64,000 bases of DNA from Raillietiella orientalis. Lineage: Eukaryota. The notes under the pieces are model-generated. The model had not been told where the DNA came from. It searched no databases and was given only the letters and a program-made list of their open reading frames with translations. The stretch covers positions 372,001 through 436,000 of the forward strand of contig JAYWIR010000006.1 in NCBI GenBank assembly GCA_036172245.1, read 5' to 3'. Positions 1 through 12,369 of the stretch are shown piece after piece. Numbering within the stretch: the stretch's first letter is position 1; the number at the start of each line of letters is the position of its first letter. Position numbers and translations under genes: made by a program.

Positions 1-404
1 AAAGAGATCATTGGTAAAAGTGGTCAACGGGGATGGCATTTGCCTATCTCATTCAAGTGGTGTGCCATGGCTGACAGCTCGGGACCGTCTGTTTGTTGCG
101 CGTGCCCTTTCGGAGCCTCCTTCACCTCCCTTGCGAGTACCAAACCATCTAGTCGCAGTTCTTCTTCCGGCATCACCAGTTCCTCGACAACTTCTCGCTT
201 CGTCGGAAGGAACAGAATGCGTTATCTGAACGATCTCTTGCAAGAGTGAATTTCATCATTTGCTTGGATTAAGAGTTGCTCTGCAGCCGTTTCACAATAG
301 AGTTCACGACGACACGACGTTGCACAAGACGCGCCAAGGGGAAAATCATCAACGGAGAAGCCTCCTCGGGTACTATGGTGTCCATCGCACGCGAGCGGAA
401 GTGA
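1..404 (+). pseudogene. Orthomyxo-like PB2 endogenous viral element (EVE), C-terminal part
   Basis: AKGKIINGEASSGTMVSIARERK vs recalled flu [33 protein letters not shown] matches CRTHPGGVPW of the 33 kb copy. Confidence 0.65.
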
Positions 405-492
405 TGACGGCAAGCAGCTGATAGGGTGTAGGGACTGAGGCAGCGAGCAACCCTCGAACGAATCACAAGGAGAAGATGAAAACGGCCACGAG

Positions 493-1206
493 ATGCAGCA
501 GGCCGCTTCTATTCAGAGGTGCGTTGTGATGCCTGCGCGCTCGCTTTTGAATTTTTCGTGCTTCTTCGATGCAAAGAAGCAAATGATCTCGATGGGGGTG
601 CTTCTCACGACGCTGCGAGGCACAGACATCGTATCAGTCTTTTCCTGTCGATCCATCTCCGAAGGATTGCTCCATGATCATTGAAATCCTCCTTTGCATT
701 CGGAAGCTGCTTCAAGCCCAGCCGAGCTCTCCGCGGATCTCGCTCACAGATGTTTGCCGCACAGCACGCAAGACATGATGGAGCAATCCCGTTCTTACCG
801 GAAGACAGCGTAACAGGAACTTTCCGAGGGACCTCGATCAGGGTATCTTCTCTCTCGTTCTCTGGGTCTCGGTAATGGCAGCATCGGAAGTGTGAGCAAT
901 AGGGAAGAAATCTCTTCTCTCATTTCCCAAACACGAAACCTCATCTAGGAGTCGGGGCTCTCGAGGCGTTCCTGTTGAAAATGCCGCGCAGGGAAAAGCG
1001 TTTGCTTTCAGATCTAAAGAAACCATCATTGATGATCTCGACAGGTCGCATCCGATTCACATGCGATGAGAGAGGAACGTTATTGAGACAAAACCAAAGT
1101 CACTTGCTTCCTTACGAGGCAAGTGACTCTTCTGATGAGATTTTCATCTAGACGCATCGATCTGTGCTTCCTTCAGTGAGAAGAGCAGCCTCGTTAAACC
1201 TGTAGC
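493..1206 (+). pseudogene. PB2-like EVE, mid and cap-binding region
   Basis: SSFAFG (flu SSFSFG); HDGAIPF..RVSSLSFSG (flu [16 protein letters not shown]); DERGTLL (flu DQRGNVLL), in PB2 order. Confidence 0.75.
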
Positions 1207-1408
1207 TGCCTCTCGAGGAAGCTGGAAGGGTAAAAAGACAGCTGTTAGGGTGTCGCGTTCTTAGTGGCTTCAAACAGCCCTTCCTCAAAGCAAGGGCAAA
1301 GACTTGGGGGTGAGTAAGTCAAATCGAAAATAGAAAAAGAATTTGGAGCACTCACGGAGCTTGCAAGAGTCTTGCACGACGGTTGGGAGGAAGTGCTGAA
1401 ACACTGCC

Positions 1409-2030
1409 ATGCTGTTTGAGGAGGCAAAGAAGCGTCTTCTTGCCACACAAGGTGCGTGGATAGGGAATTTCCTACGGAGGAATTTCAGGTGTACGTAATC
1501 GAAGAGATAAATGAAGGATCCACCTGTTGGACAAACTGATTTCAAGGCCGTCTACGGCATTCCAACGTGTCGGTTCAGGTTTCGATGAAAAGTGCGCACG
1601 GAGTGTGATTACTGGTGCATCCTTCAGCATCCAGCACACACTATAGACAAAAGGAGCCACGAGCATGGATAGCGAAAGCACAGGGTAGAGAGTAAGCGAC
1701 CGGGCGAAAGAAGGGAAGAATCGTACTGCAAAATAAAGTCTCCTGTTGCAATTCGAGGGGCTCCTGTGGATCTCATAAACAAGTACCTGATGAGGTGTGG
1801 CTTACTTCTCACAGATGATCAGCTGAAGAGCATCACTGAAAACCATTCCTTGAAGAAGCCATCGTTTGGAAGCCAATGAGATCTCCATCTCCTGGCTCCC
1901 TTTCGAATAGGAATACAAAAGTCGACTTGGTTTTCTGGTCTTTGAGTATACTGAGACCCATTTCTGTGCTGCAAAGATTATGGCTGAGGAGCACGAGAGA
2001 AATCCATTCCATCTTCTAGGCACCTGCTTC
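1409..2030 (+). pseudogene. PB2-like EVE, N-terminal part, more quaranja/thogoto-like
   Basis: MKDP, CDYWC, SPVAIRGAPVDLINKYLMR, ISWLPF in the expected order. Confidence 0.5.
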
Positions 2031-2088
2031 GTCTTTTTAGGTCAATACTTGTCGGCCCTCATTCGCTGGTTTTTTGCTTCCCTACACA

Positions 2089-2760
2089 TCAGTTCGATGC
2101 ACCTCCTTCGAAGCAGCTTTGCATCCAGTTCTGGCGATCTACTCTTGCACTGATACTCGATCGCTCTGCACGCCGTACTCTACTTGTTGCTGTGACGACG
2201 ACATCCCAGATGCGGTCGTCGAGTGGCACTAGGTGAAACCATGAGTAGGAAACACTTTTCAATCGATTTTTCGACACACATCATTGGCTTCATTCCATCA
2301 TTATGCAACCCACCATCACTTGTTGGTACGGCGACAGTCTCTAGAGTAACAAAGCCCTGTTCTCCTTCGCATTCACGAAAGGATGATGGTCCAGTGGGTG
2401 GCCAAATTCATCCCAAGTTTGTAGCGGGCTGCTCCGGTCGTTTCCAAGCTTTCGCGAACGCTCATAAGTTGGTGTGGACAAATCCATTCCTCGTTTCCAA
2501 AGTAGACGATGGCACCTGCCCTGCTTCGCTTTCTCGAATGCGAATGTACCAATCAGCAAATGCTCGCTTTTCTTTGAGGGTGAGTTCGCCTTTTGTCCCA
2601 TTCCACCCGTCGACGCTCTCCCCATCCGCTGCTTCCGTCTCCGCTCTCCTAGAATTCAATTCCGCATCCGAAAACTGTTACGGGGATGGTCTTCACGTTG
2701 CTGCTCCCTATGAGGTTCCTTGGTAGCATTTGTTTGTACGGCGACTCCTTCGATCCATGC
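2089..2760 (-). pseudogene. PB2-like EVE, N-terminal part
   Basis: TKEP, KTIPVT, AFADWYIR, RLKSVSYSWFHLVP; weak. Confidence 0.4.
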
Positions 2761-2799
2761 TGGAAACGCGCGGGCGAAATTCTCGCAACGTGTCCGTGA

Positions 2800-3100
2800 G
2801 AAGTGCAAAGCGTTCTCCGCTGCTTGGCACAGACACGCGAGCTGTCCCAGATCCGAAGAGCCGTGCGAAGCAGACCGAAGAGACAGAAGAACAGCGAGTT
2901 TGCACTGCAAGCTCGTGCATCCGCGTCTCTTTCGGCTCTCGCGGCTCCATCCTGGCTCGTCATTTACGCTGTTGCATTCCAGAAGGCCTTCGTTTCGGAG
3001 GGGTTTCCGCGTATCCTCCTCATGGGCACTGCGCGCTGGCACGAGGCGATCGAAGCGATGGCGCTGCAAAATAACTCCTTTCAGCTCCCTTCCACGAGAC
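2800..3100 (+). pseudogene. PB2-like EVE, mid region
   Basis: TEEQRVCTASSCIRVS vs flu TEEQAVDICKAAMGLRIS; LRFGG. Confidence 0.45.
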
Positions 3101-3228
3101 ATCTTTTTCTTCGCCTGATGTCTACCATCGACCGGATGTCCTGAGATTTCTCAGTGCGCTTCCCGCGTTCCCTGTGAATCGTTGCGCGGACCGTTGCTCC
3201 AACAACAGGCGTTCGCTTGCAACCGAGG

Positions 3229-3870
3229 TCCTCACGGAAGAAATCTGCGCCAACACTACTTTGATGGAGGGAACAGGCGAGACCCTGCGCACAATCCGGC
3301 ATCACCTTCCGCAACTGTTCCAAGAGATTCGAGCAGAGATTCTGGGCACTCTCGCAACCTTTCAGGCATGCCAGCTTACCGATGAAGGCGAATCCGTTGG
3401 TCACCGAGACTGTCTGCCTCACGCGTTCCACCCCTTCTTCCAGCGTGCTTGGCAATTTGATCTTCTGCATCTGTTGCCATATTTTGATGAACTTGTTGGA
3501 CAGGGGATAATCCCATACCGAGAACATAGACCTTTCCACAGAGCTCAGCTTTTCATCCAAGGTCATGTTCTTCCAGACCCTTCAACACAAACAACAGAGT
3601 TGTGCAGTACTGTTCCTCAATTCGCAAAAAGGTTTTCTTAAGCGAAGCACGCGGTTCTGCTCTCATCGATTGCATGGGTGAGCAGAACGGACCGCGTCAA
3701 GACAAAAGGAAAGCAGCTAGAAGGAAGTTTCAAGACATTTCCTTCGACAGCGGAGCGCGCGGTGATAGAAGTCCATCGAGTTGGTTTGCGACTGAGCCAT
3801 GGTGTTCATCCTTTTTCAAGGGGGGTAGAGAATTCGGACCTGATCGACTTGGCGAAACACCACGGACATC
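3229..3870 (-). pseudogene. Inverted duplicate of one IR exon (copy at 3579-3380) with flanking intron sequence
   Basis: Near-identical reverse complement of 62779-63357; same peptide [22 protein letters not shown]...GFAFIG; no other IR exons nearby. Confidence 0.9.
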
Positions 3871-3900
3871 GTCAGTTGGCCATCTTTTCCTAGGAGCACG
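3660..3900 (+). pseudogene. PB2-like EVE inside the duplicated IR intron
   Basis: AERAVIEVHRVGLRLS vs flu EEQAVDICKAAMGLRIS. Confidence 0.5.
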
Positions 3901-3919
3901 CTAAAGACCAAAGCATGAG

Positions 3920-4140
3920 ATGTCCTCCCCGGAAGCGCCGAGACTCTGGCCTTTCCTCTCAACTCTTATGGAGACCTCAACGCTTCGCAAGCAGTTAGCA
4001 TGGAGACCTCAAGAAGACGCGCGAAGGGAAGGGCATGAAGTGTTGGAACAGCAGGGTTTCTTTTCTCGGAACCCAAGCTGGCAATTTGGTACCTTGACTC
4101 ATATCTGCAGAAGCCAAACACTATGTTGGGCATCAACTGT
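3920..4140 (+). pseudogene. Orthomyxo nucleoprotein-like EVE fragment (thogoto-like)
   Basis: WPFLSTLMETSTLRKQLAW and FGTLTHI resemble recalled thogotovirus NP YPFLxxL..ILW and GPLxHL. Confidence 0.45.
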
Positions 4141-4699
4141 GAATACTCTGCTTGCATTATATTTGCATTAACTTCTGTTTAAGAAGTACTTTCTTGCTCC
4201 AGTGCTTGCCTCGAGACTGCAGCCGACTAAGCATTTCAAACGTTTACATGAAGGGGCTCTAGTGGATTCTAACCACCGGCTTCCGGATGGAAACGTCCAT
4301 TTTTATCGTTGGAAATCATCTTTTTTTTTCCCGTGTCTTCTGATCCTAAGAAGGCGGAAGAAGAAATCGTGTTCCGGAATAAAATTTCGGGAGGACTCTC
4401 CTCTTTTTCGATTTTCTTCTGTCAAGTTCAAGAGTGTACTCCAGCGCCTTCCGTCCTACTCTTCACTTAACTTATTTATGTGAACATCTTACCGTTTGAT
4501 CGGTTGTCGTCTTGGGTTCAGTCGTTCTGTTCGGAGTGATGGAGAACAGCTCCTTCACCTATAGAAGTGATTTGTGGTATTTTCGAAACTTCTTCAGTGT
4601 ATCCACATTCTCTTGCCGTTAGAACTGCGTGCTGATGACCTTGGGAAATTAGGCGCTTTCCCATCCCCGTATTCCTCTGTTCCTCTGCCTCTGACGGCC

Positions 4700-5464
4700 C
4701 TGATTCTGGAAATTTCATGTATTTGCGTGATGAAAAAGAAACTCGAGAATGGAAAGTCCACTTGACGAGTTCACCTTTGGAGGCAGCATTCGAGCTCGTT
4801 GCTCCCACATTAAAATTTTTGATGCCTTTTCTGTTTGATACTGCAAGGGGTTTCGAGGCTACCGAGCCTGCGTAAGCCAGTGCATGTCTTATCCGTGTGT
4901 GGCGCCTGCAAATAGCAATCACGATGTATGGAAGGGAAGAAACGGGAACCCCGGACCACTAGAGGAACAGCGAACAGGAGCAATGAACCGTCGAGTTTAG
5001 AATGGGCGCTGCGGACCGTCAACTGAAGATCGCGAGACACAATGATGTTGCGAGGGAATGCAGAACTACAAAACCGGACCGCATGTCTCAGAGCAGTTTG
5101 TAGGCTGGGAATGGCACACAATCTTGAGGGAGCCGTGTTGGCGCAACGATGGAAAGGTGCAAGCATAGATCCAACGCCTCGAGGGAGTTAATTCAGCACT
5201 GTAGCAGGAAAGACTGGATTTCCGAGTATCCTTGGGTTTCACATCCGTTTTTGGTTAATTCCTGGCCAAAGTGATAACTGATGAAATTTCCAGCCATATC
5301 TGGTCGTTCCAGGAGCTTGCAGTGCACACTCTTGGAATGATTCGTTCAGGACCTTGAAAATCCACGGTAGGGCTGTTTGGAAGGATGAATGAGGAAGAAG
5401 AACAGCTGCATGGTATCCAGGAAACTCTGGTCGATGCTTGGAGTGTTGGGCTCATATTGGTCAC
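4700..5464 (-). pseudogene. PB2-like EVE, mid to cap-binding region
   Basis: RVSWIP, SLQTALRHAVR (flu SLIIAARNIVR), AICRRHTRIR, KGIKNFNV. Confidence 0.65.
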
Positions 5465-5919
5465 CAGATGACCGTTGGAGTTGGTCTAGAAGGCAGCTAG
5501 CTAGGAGGTATCAGTTTTTTTGACTGGTAGCATCTTCAAAGGCAGGAAGTAGGAAAGAGTTCTTTCGGTGGAAATGAAGGAACTGGCCCTTAACGCGTTT
5601 CAGTAATGGGTGTGGTAAAGGGTGGTTCTTCAAGAGAAGAATGAAAAGTGGCAGAAGGAAAGGAACTTGCTACTGCTGTTGGAGAGTTCGTTAGAGAGGG
5701 AATGAATAGAAATTATCCGCTTGTCTGGGTGTGTGGACTCAGAAAAGAAGAAACAGAGGAAGGCGCTTGACAGCCCCTCCAGTGAGGACTTCTGAGTGCG
5801 GAATCAAGAGAAATGAAGAATAAGCCGGTGATTGTCACTTCTACGGCACTTTCTTCCTAGACCCCGGACCTCTCAGTTCATTCCTGGGGGCGTGGACTCC
5901 CATCCTTCTTGCATGCTTC

Positions 5920-6300
5920 TTGCGAGAATGCACTGTAGCTTACAGAAAGCTGCTGGAAAGCCGGGAAGCACTGAAAGTCTTTGAAAGAAATTGGAATGGA
6001 ACCTTAAGACATTCCGATTTCTCAAGCTCAGAACGAAGGCAGTTATCCAAATGGATGGTTGTAAACGAGGATGATTCTGAAAGGGTAATTTTTAAGGGTC
6101 GTGCGTTGATGATCGATCGAGGTGGTGGTTGAGCTGGTTTCTCTTGGAACTGGCGAGACTGCAGCTAAGTAGAAGGAAAAGGTAGCGCCGTTCTTCTATG
6201 CATGCCAGGTCATCCTGTCTCTGTTCCTTTCAGAATAAGAATTGCAATGGAAGAGTCTGAGAGTGACAGTCACAATCGAAGCTGCGGGGAAGCAAAGTTT
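5920..6300 (+). pseudogene. PB2-like EVE, N-terminal part
   Basis: KWMV, NEDDSERVIF (flu NDAGSDRVMV), then WW after a frameshift. Confidence 0.5.
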
Positions 6301-6873
6301 GGTGTCGCAGAAGATGCTCCTAGAGATGGACCACAAATCTCTCTCAATCTCTTTTCTTTATTGTGTCTTTGTTTCTCCCACTCGCTGCAGCTCTTCAAAC
6401 GCATAACCGGGCACTTTTCTTTGGGAAATTCAGATCCTGGGAGGAAAGGGGCTGAGTGAGAGGGAGAGGACAAGTTGTCCCGGAAAGCACTCCTTTCTGC
6501 ACTGCGCACTCACCGCCCTGAGCATTCGCTGACGCTGGTGATGGCTCCTGGACAAGGCGACTGACGAACTTCACCGGCAGGGTGCACTTTCACTCCGAAT
6601 AAGTTTTAGGGAGGTGACTCCGCACTCCGGGCCCACCAAGAGGATCGGGAGCAGTTTTCTCCAGGCAGGAACCTTTGACTTCCTTTTCCACTCATGCTCC
6701 CCCCCTCCTTCTAGGTAGAAAGGGAACACGGAGAACGCGCGGCGAATGTGCAGGCGTGCGTCCACGTGTGCCTTAGCACGCCTCCTCCTCCCGTCGCTAG
6801 CACCGGCTGCTTACTAAGAGGAGGAAGAGGGAGTGGGATGCGGAAGGGGGTTTCCGCCTGCAGGAGCGGGACA

Positions 6874-9455
6874 TCAGAAGATGGTAGTTGGGAGCGGGAG
6901 GATCGAATCTAGCGGGAGGGGACTTCGGGCACTACGACCGGGAGCTCTCCCGAGGCGAAAAAGTTCATCTGCCAGTCTTTTCCGTCGGGCGTCTTTTCCG
7001 ATGAGCAGATGGAGGAGTGTCACTAGGAGCTGCACGGAGAGGAAGATGCTGCCTACCATCATCAGGATCTGCGCGGACGCCGGACAAGAGTATCCGTTTC
7101 CGCAGGAGCGGACAGTTCCTCCAGGGTGTGAGGAATGTGAGGGACGGGGTTGTGGACACTTCCTCCTTCTGTGGCCTCCTCGCCGTCACGGGAATTCTTC
7201 TCCGAGCTGGCGGGTCCTCCTCGAATTCGGATCGTGTGGACCACCACCTTTCCTTTCATGGGCCCACTCTCCACCTCGAAGTTACGCTTCCTCCTATGCG
7301 GGACCTCCCTCTGCCCGAGGCGCTCCGGGTCGCTCTCTCCTTCGCCGCCGTCGCAAGCGGCCTCATCGCAGTTCGGGAAGCACGGGGTCACCAACGCACG
7401 GAAGGACACCACTTCCGATCCGGGGAAGCGGAAGGCCTTAAAGGGCGCCTCCAGATCTTTGCCACCGTCTGCGATTGATCTGCGGACAGGTCCGAAGAAG
7501 CTCGAGTCGTATGGGCAGCCGCGGTCGTCGACCAGACGGACCTCGGCGGTGTCGTACCCGTCCACCGCAAGTAGGTCGCGGACGATCAGGTCGTAGGGCG
7601 AGCCCCCATCTTCGACCTCGAAGCGCATGAGCAGGGGATCCCCGATGCGGGCAGAGATCGCCTCTTCCCCTTCCGCGTCGAGGACCCTGATGGTCACGTT
7701 GGGCGAGGACGGCATGGATTCCTCCGAGACGCTCGAGCGGGGGTCCTGCAGGCCCAGGGTGGTGTGGATGGTTGTGTTGTGCAGATGGTACTGGCACCTG
7801 GCCAGCACGATGTTGTCGCCGTCCGTCTGCAGAATATCGTGCTTCTGAATGATGACCTTGCTGCCGAACTTCCCCCTGGGGTCGTGTTCGACGAAGCAGG
7901 GGACGATGTCGTACGGGATGTTGAGCTGAAACTGCAAGCTGTTGCTGACGTCCAGGGTGCATTCGCTAGGGCTGCTCAGGGAGTACATCTTCCCGTCGAA
8001 CAGCTTGCCCGTGATCACTTCGACCCCCATCTCCGTGGCCCCACAGTGGATTTTGACGTCATAGCACGGACCCACTTCGATGGTGACAGACTCAGGGATG
8101 TGAAGGTACGGTTCCTGAATGATGGCCAGAGATAAGGAGGAGTGGTGACTGAGCCTGCAGATGTTCTCGTTTGTGTCGTTAAAGTCGAACGAATGACACC
8201 GGTACGGGGCTCTGAAGCAGTGATTCTGGCACATCTCCAGGCTTTCCACGTTCCTCAGGACGGAGTCCACCGTCTTGATGATCTTCCCTTCCCTGCGCTC
8301 GAAGCGGCACCTCTTCGTCGGCTGGTAGGCACAGTTGCTCTCCAGGTAGATTGTCGACGGATCTTTCTGCAGGGCTTGGATGGTGTTGATCGCATGCCGG
8401 TCCACTCCGGAGAGGCTACACTCCCCGGAGTCTCCTCTGAAGGTAGCCGACCTGGAAGGGAGCAGCCTGGAGCAGCGGCGGAAAAAAACAAAAGAGGAGG
8501 AGAGGAACGGGAGGACCACCTTCGCGCGCTCCCTCCTCGGCGTCACACGCAGGGAGCGAGAGGAGACCGCCGCAGAGACGGGCAGTCTCTCCGGCGAGCA
8601 GAAGGGATCGGGAGTCAGCGGCGGCCGCCAAGGACTCTTCTGCCTTCGACCCCCACAACTATTTAACAGCGGTGTGAACCTGGCAGCTCTGCTTCCTTGC
8701 CAAAACTTCCAGCCCGCCACAAACATCCCTTGAGTTTCCTCCGGTCCCAGTTCCACCCGCTCTCCGAACCATCCCAGGTAGGAGACGCCCCTGCCTACCT
8801 GCAGATGAAGTCCTTTTCCTCGAGACATGCGCGCATGCACGCCTCCTCCGTGCTCGGGGCGATCTGCCTCCTGAAGAACCCAGAGAGGCGGTAGCCGGGC
8901 ACCTTCTCGAAGGCCCAAGCGCGGTTGCACGGCGCGGTGGTCTGGAGGCACATCTTCTCCACGTAGAGAGTGAAGACCGGGTACTGGGCGACCACGAGAA
9001 GATCTGGAACGAGAGGATTGGGGAGCTTAGTTTAGAGTCCCGATTACAGGTGCGCCCTAGACAGGGGAGGAGAAAGGGAGTGGCACACCGAACAGTCCCG
9101 ACCGGCGTGAGAAGGCGGGACGAGGGAGATGAGGGAACGAAACCAGAAACAGACCTGGATTCTGGCGGGCGCTTGAGCTGTGCAGCTCGCAAGTGCCGCT
9201 CTCGTAGTTGACGGACTTGCAGTCAGGGATGCTGTGGCAGCTGTCGATGCAGTCGGACAGCATGAGGGTGCCCAAATGGGTGGTCAGCACGTCCTTGGGC
9301 GACATGAACATGTACCCCGTCTGAAGCAGAAAGGTGACCTCAGAGTCTTGGGGACACCCGCCCTCGTCGGCAGCAGAGCCGACGATCGCCAGAAGAAAAG
9401 CCACCGTTGCCAGGAGGCACTTGGTCGCCATCGCGTTGCGGCAGCGAGGATTCAT
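6874..9455 (-). CDS. PAN/Apple-domain plus ZP-domain transmembrane protein (NompA/cuticlin/NOAH-like). Proposed exons 9455-9155, 9003-8799, 8451-7160, 7118-6874
   Basis: Signal peptide (KCLLATVAFLLAIVGSA), three Cys-patterned PAN modules (CIDSCHSIPDCKSVNY; CMRACLEEKDFICRSATF; CQNHCFRAPYRCHSFDF), ZP domain (LVDDRGCP, FKAFRFP), furin site RRKR. GT-AG introns join the frames; a 41-nt intron (7159-7119) brings in the TM helix ILMMVGSIFLSVQLLVTLL. Confidence 0.88.
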
Positions 9456-10939
9456 GGCTGCTGCTGCTGCTGCTGCAGGGGAGCGCGGTGGCGAGACCTT
9501 CACGGCGCACGCAACAGCAGCGGGAGAAGCAGACGAGGTAGATAAAGACGGTGAATGGGGTCCTGGAAGAGAGGTGCATCATCTTGGGGTGTGCACAGCG
9601 CCTTCGCGAGCATCCATTGGGAGGATGGGGAAGACAGGAAGCGACCGACCCCAACAGCGGGAGAGGACAAGACAGCCCCTCCCGGGAAAAAGGGGCCCAT
9701 GCCGCAGAATGGACCGAAAGGGGAGAGGAACGGAATCTCGCAGTGATCAACTCCGACCTTCCAAGGAAGGTCCCGTGGGCGTCTGGCTTCTAGCTACTTT
9801 CCCCTTCCCTCTTACCACTCACTGGAACGACCTCGGTCGGTTCGTGGAGCACTACGAGGCGTCGAAAGCGAAAGTGGAGGGAAAGGCCTGGACTGGAGCG
9901 GTCGTCTGCAATGCCTTTCTTATATCCCCGCTGGAGGAGCATGGAGGGGAGGGGCGAGGAGCCACGTGGGTGCGCCGCGGGTCATTGACCACCTCCATGC
10001 CCTCCCCGCCATCCTCCGCAGCGCGTGTCGAAACGGGGATTCCCTCCAGGGGACCTCCAACATCCACGTCAGAGGCACCTCCTCCCCGCTCTCCTTCGCC
10101 CTCAGGCAAGGCTGAACCCCGTCGGGGTTGGGAAACGGCGGGGATTTCCGGGGCGCTCCCGCCCGCCGCCTCCAGACGTTCCGTCGCGCGAGGACTGCCG
10201 CCCAGGGAAGGGAAAAGGGGGCGGAGGGGGAAAGGGCCTCTCCCTTACCTGCTCACTCTACTCTCGTCTGCCCCAAGGAGGAAACCTGGAGGGGTGGGAG
10301 AAAGGGGTCGGCACTATGCAGCCGCCGGGAGGGATTTCGCTCCGGTCCCCTGTAGGTGTCTCAGAAGTCGGTCTCGGCAGCTTACTAGAAAAAAAAAAGT
10401 GGATTGCAGAGGCAAAAAGATTCACCGCGGACCGTTCTTCTTTTGTTGATGCGCTTCGGTTTCTCTCTCTCCGAGAAAGAGGGGTAGGAAGGAACTCTCC
10501 CCTGTCTTCCCTCCTTCGTTGTCGCCGATTTCGGCGACGTCGGCCGGCGGCATGGGAAAACCAGCGGCCTCTCCAGCAGATACGGCACCCGCATTCCGGA
10601 CGCCGTTTTCCGGGAATCACCTCATGAAGATGGTGGGGGGGCCAGGGAAGGGGGTAAGGAGAAGAAGGTCGACCCCATTTCTTCTTTTCTCTCCCAGTCT
10701 TCGCCGGGTACCAGTCTGTCGGAAGGTTGGGATCGGTCTTCTGGGCGAAGCGCGCAGATCTTAGGGAGGCGAGGGATGGGAACGTAAGGAGGGAACCCCA
10801 GATTTTGTACTGCCAACCTCTCTTGAATGCCCTCCGGGCATGCCGGGGACGGCCTTGAATGCTCTCTATCTTCCGTCACTCCGGAAAGGTCCTCAAGGGA
10901 GTTTCTTTCGGGAGACGCCTGAACGTCTGACCAGGGGAA

Positions 10940-11640
10940 TTAGTCACCCTCTCCTTTCTCGCGGATGATCCTCTCATACGAACCTCCCACTCCCGCTTCC
11001 TTATTTTGAGCGACCAAGTCGCGCGCCGCCATGGCTGCTGGTGGGAGGCTGGAGGGATTCATGTCCGGAGGGGACTTCGCGCTGAAAGACCAAGCAGGAG
11101 GGAGGTGTCGCGCTTCCAGGGCTATCGTTGCCCCTATGGTCTCCCAGGCAACGCCTCGACTGGACAGGAAACCGAAAGGAAGGTAGAAGACTTGGAAGTA
11201 GTGGAGAGACGAGAGAGGGGAGTCGTCTGGAGTCTCTTCCGTCGCGCGGACGAGCTCCAGGGGGCCTCGTGCGGCGCGTGGATGGCGAGCCGGCGACGTC
11301 TTTCTGGGCTGCCAGCCTTTCGACTCCGTCCCTCCCTGGGGTGCCGGCGAGCGCCACCCCGAAGGAAGAGGTAGCACCCCGCAAGCACCTCTACTTCCCG
11401 ACCGCTCCCCTCCTTCCGATACCACCCCTCAAGCCTCAGAGCGTTTCGACATCCAATCCGCAGCGCCTCTGGCGGCGACGAATGGAAATCCCGCGCCCCG
11501 GAAATGAAGGGGGGAACCAGCCACAGAGCGGGCTGGCGCGCTCGGAGGAGCCACGGAGCAGCTCCGTTCCCGGGAAGAACCTTCCGAAATCCCTTCTTCG
11601 CCCTTTTTTCCCATTCGCTCTAGGAAGGAAGAGCGAGGGA
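10940..11640 (-). pseudogene. PB2-like EVE (left arm of the inverted repeat and beyond)
   Basis: LLRGSS arm; VAWETIG (flu MMWEING). Confidence 0.4.
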
Positions 11641-11858
11641 TGCGGCCATTGAAAGAGGATGGCGCGTCGCAGAGGACAGACTCCACGGACCAAGAAGGCT
11701 GAGTCCTTGCCGACTGACCTTGCCGTCCCCTTGCTCTTCCTTCCTAAAGCGCGCGGGAAGGAAGGGAGAATAAGGGATTTCGGGAGGTCCTTTTCGGGAA
11801 CAGAGCTGCTCCGTGGCTCCTCAGTGAGCTCCCGTCCGTTCTGTGGCTGGTTCGTCCC
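11508..11858. repeat. Imperfect inverted repeat, ~130-bp arms (11508-11640, 11727-11858)
   Basis: GAGGAGCCACGGAGCAGCTCCGTTCCCG and its near reverse complement; both arms translate to RDFGRxFxGTELLRGSS. Confidence 0.85.
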
Positions 11859-12369
11859 TCGGAGGCTACGGATCTACGGATCGCGCAAGCAAGCTGGGTA
11901 GCCTCTGGAGCACGTCACCGACCTCTGAGGAACACCGCCGCGCAAATCGGGCTACCCGCTGGCGGGTACGTGCCATTCGAAGAACCACGAATCAGCGCAC
12001 GTGCCATGCGCACACGAGGGAAGCCTTGCACCCTTCCGCAGGGCACTCCGGTGGTGTCGTGAGCTTGTGCGCATGCGCCAAGGTACACCGCATGGAATGA
12101 CCCGTTGTTTGGAAGTGGTGACCAAGTACGGGACGCTCCTTTCCTCATCCGTGTCATCAGCAGGGGGTGCGCTCCAGCAGGCACACAAACACTCTCCTCG
12201 GTGTTGGGACGCTTCTTCTGAACTTATTCGACGTTCCGTCAAGGCCAGCAACACGGAAAGCGGAAGCGAAAGCGACTCTCGTCTCTTCGTCAGTATCAGA
12301 CAATTAGAAGCACTCCAGCTGCTCGGAATGTCGCCCAGGAAGTGTGATGCTGTGCACTTTGCTGCCTAG
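11659..12369 (+). pseudogene. PB2-like EVE, cap-binding to 627-linker region
   Basis: SFSGTELLRGSSV (flu SFSFGGFTFKRTSGSSV); MTRCLEVVTKYGTLLSS (flu IDRFLRVRDQRGNVLLS); PRCWD. Confidence 0.6.

Noticed and set aside
9334..10449. 371-aa plus-strand ORF
   Set aside because: GC-rich, low-complexity, overlaps the ZP gene start antisense; no recognisable domain
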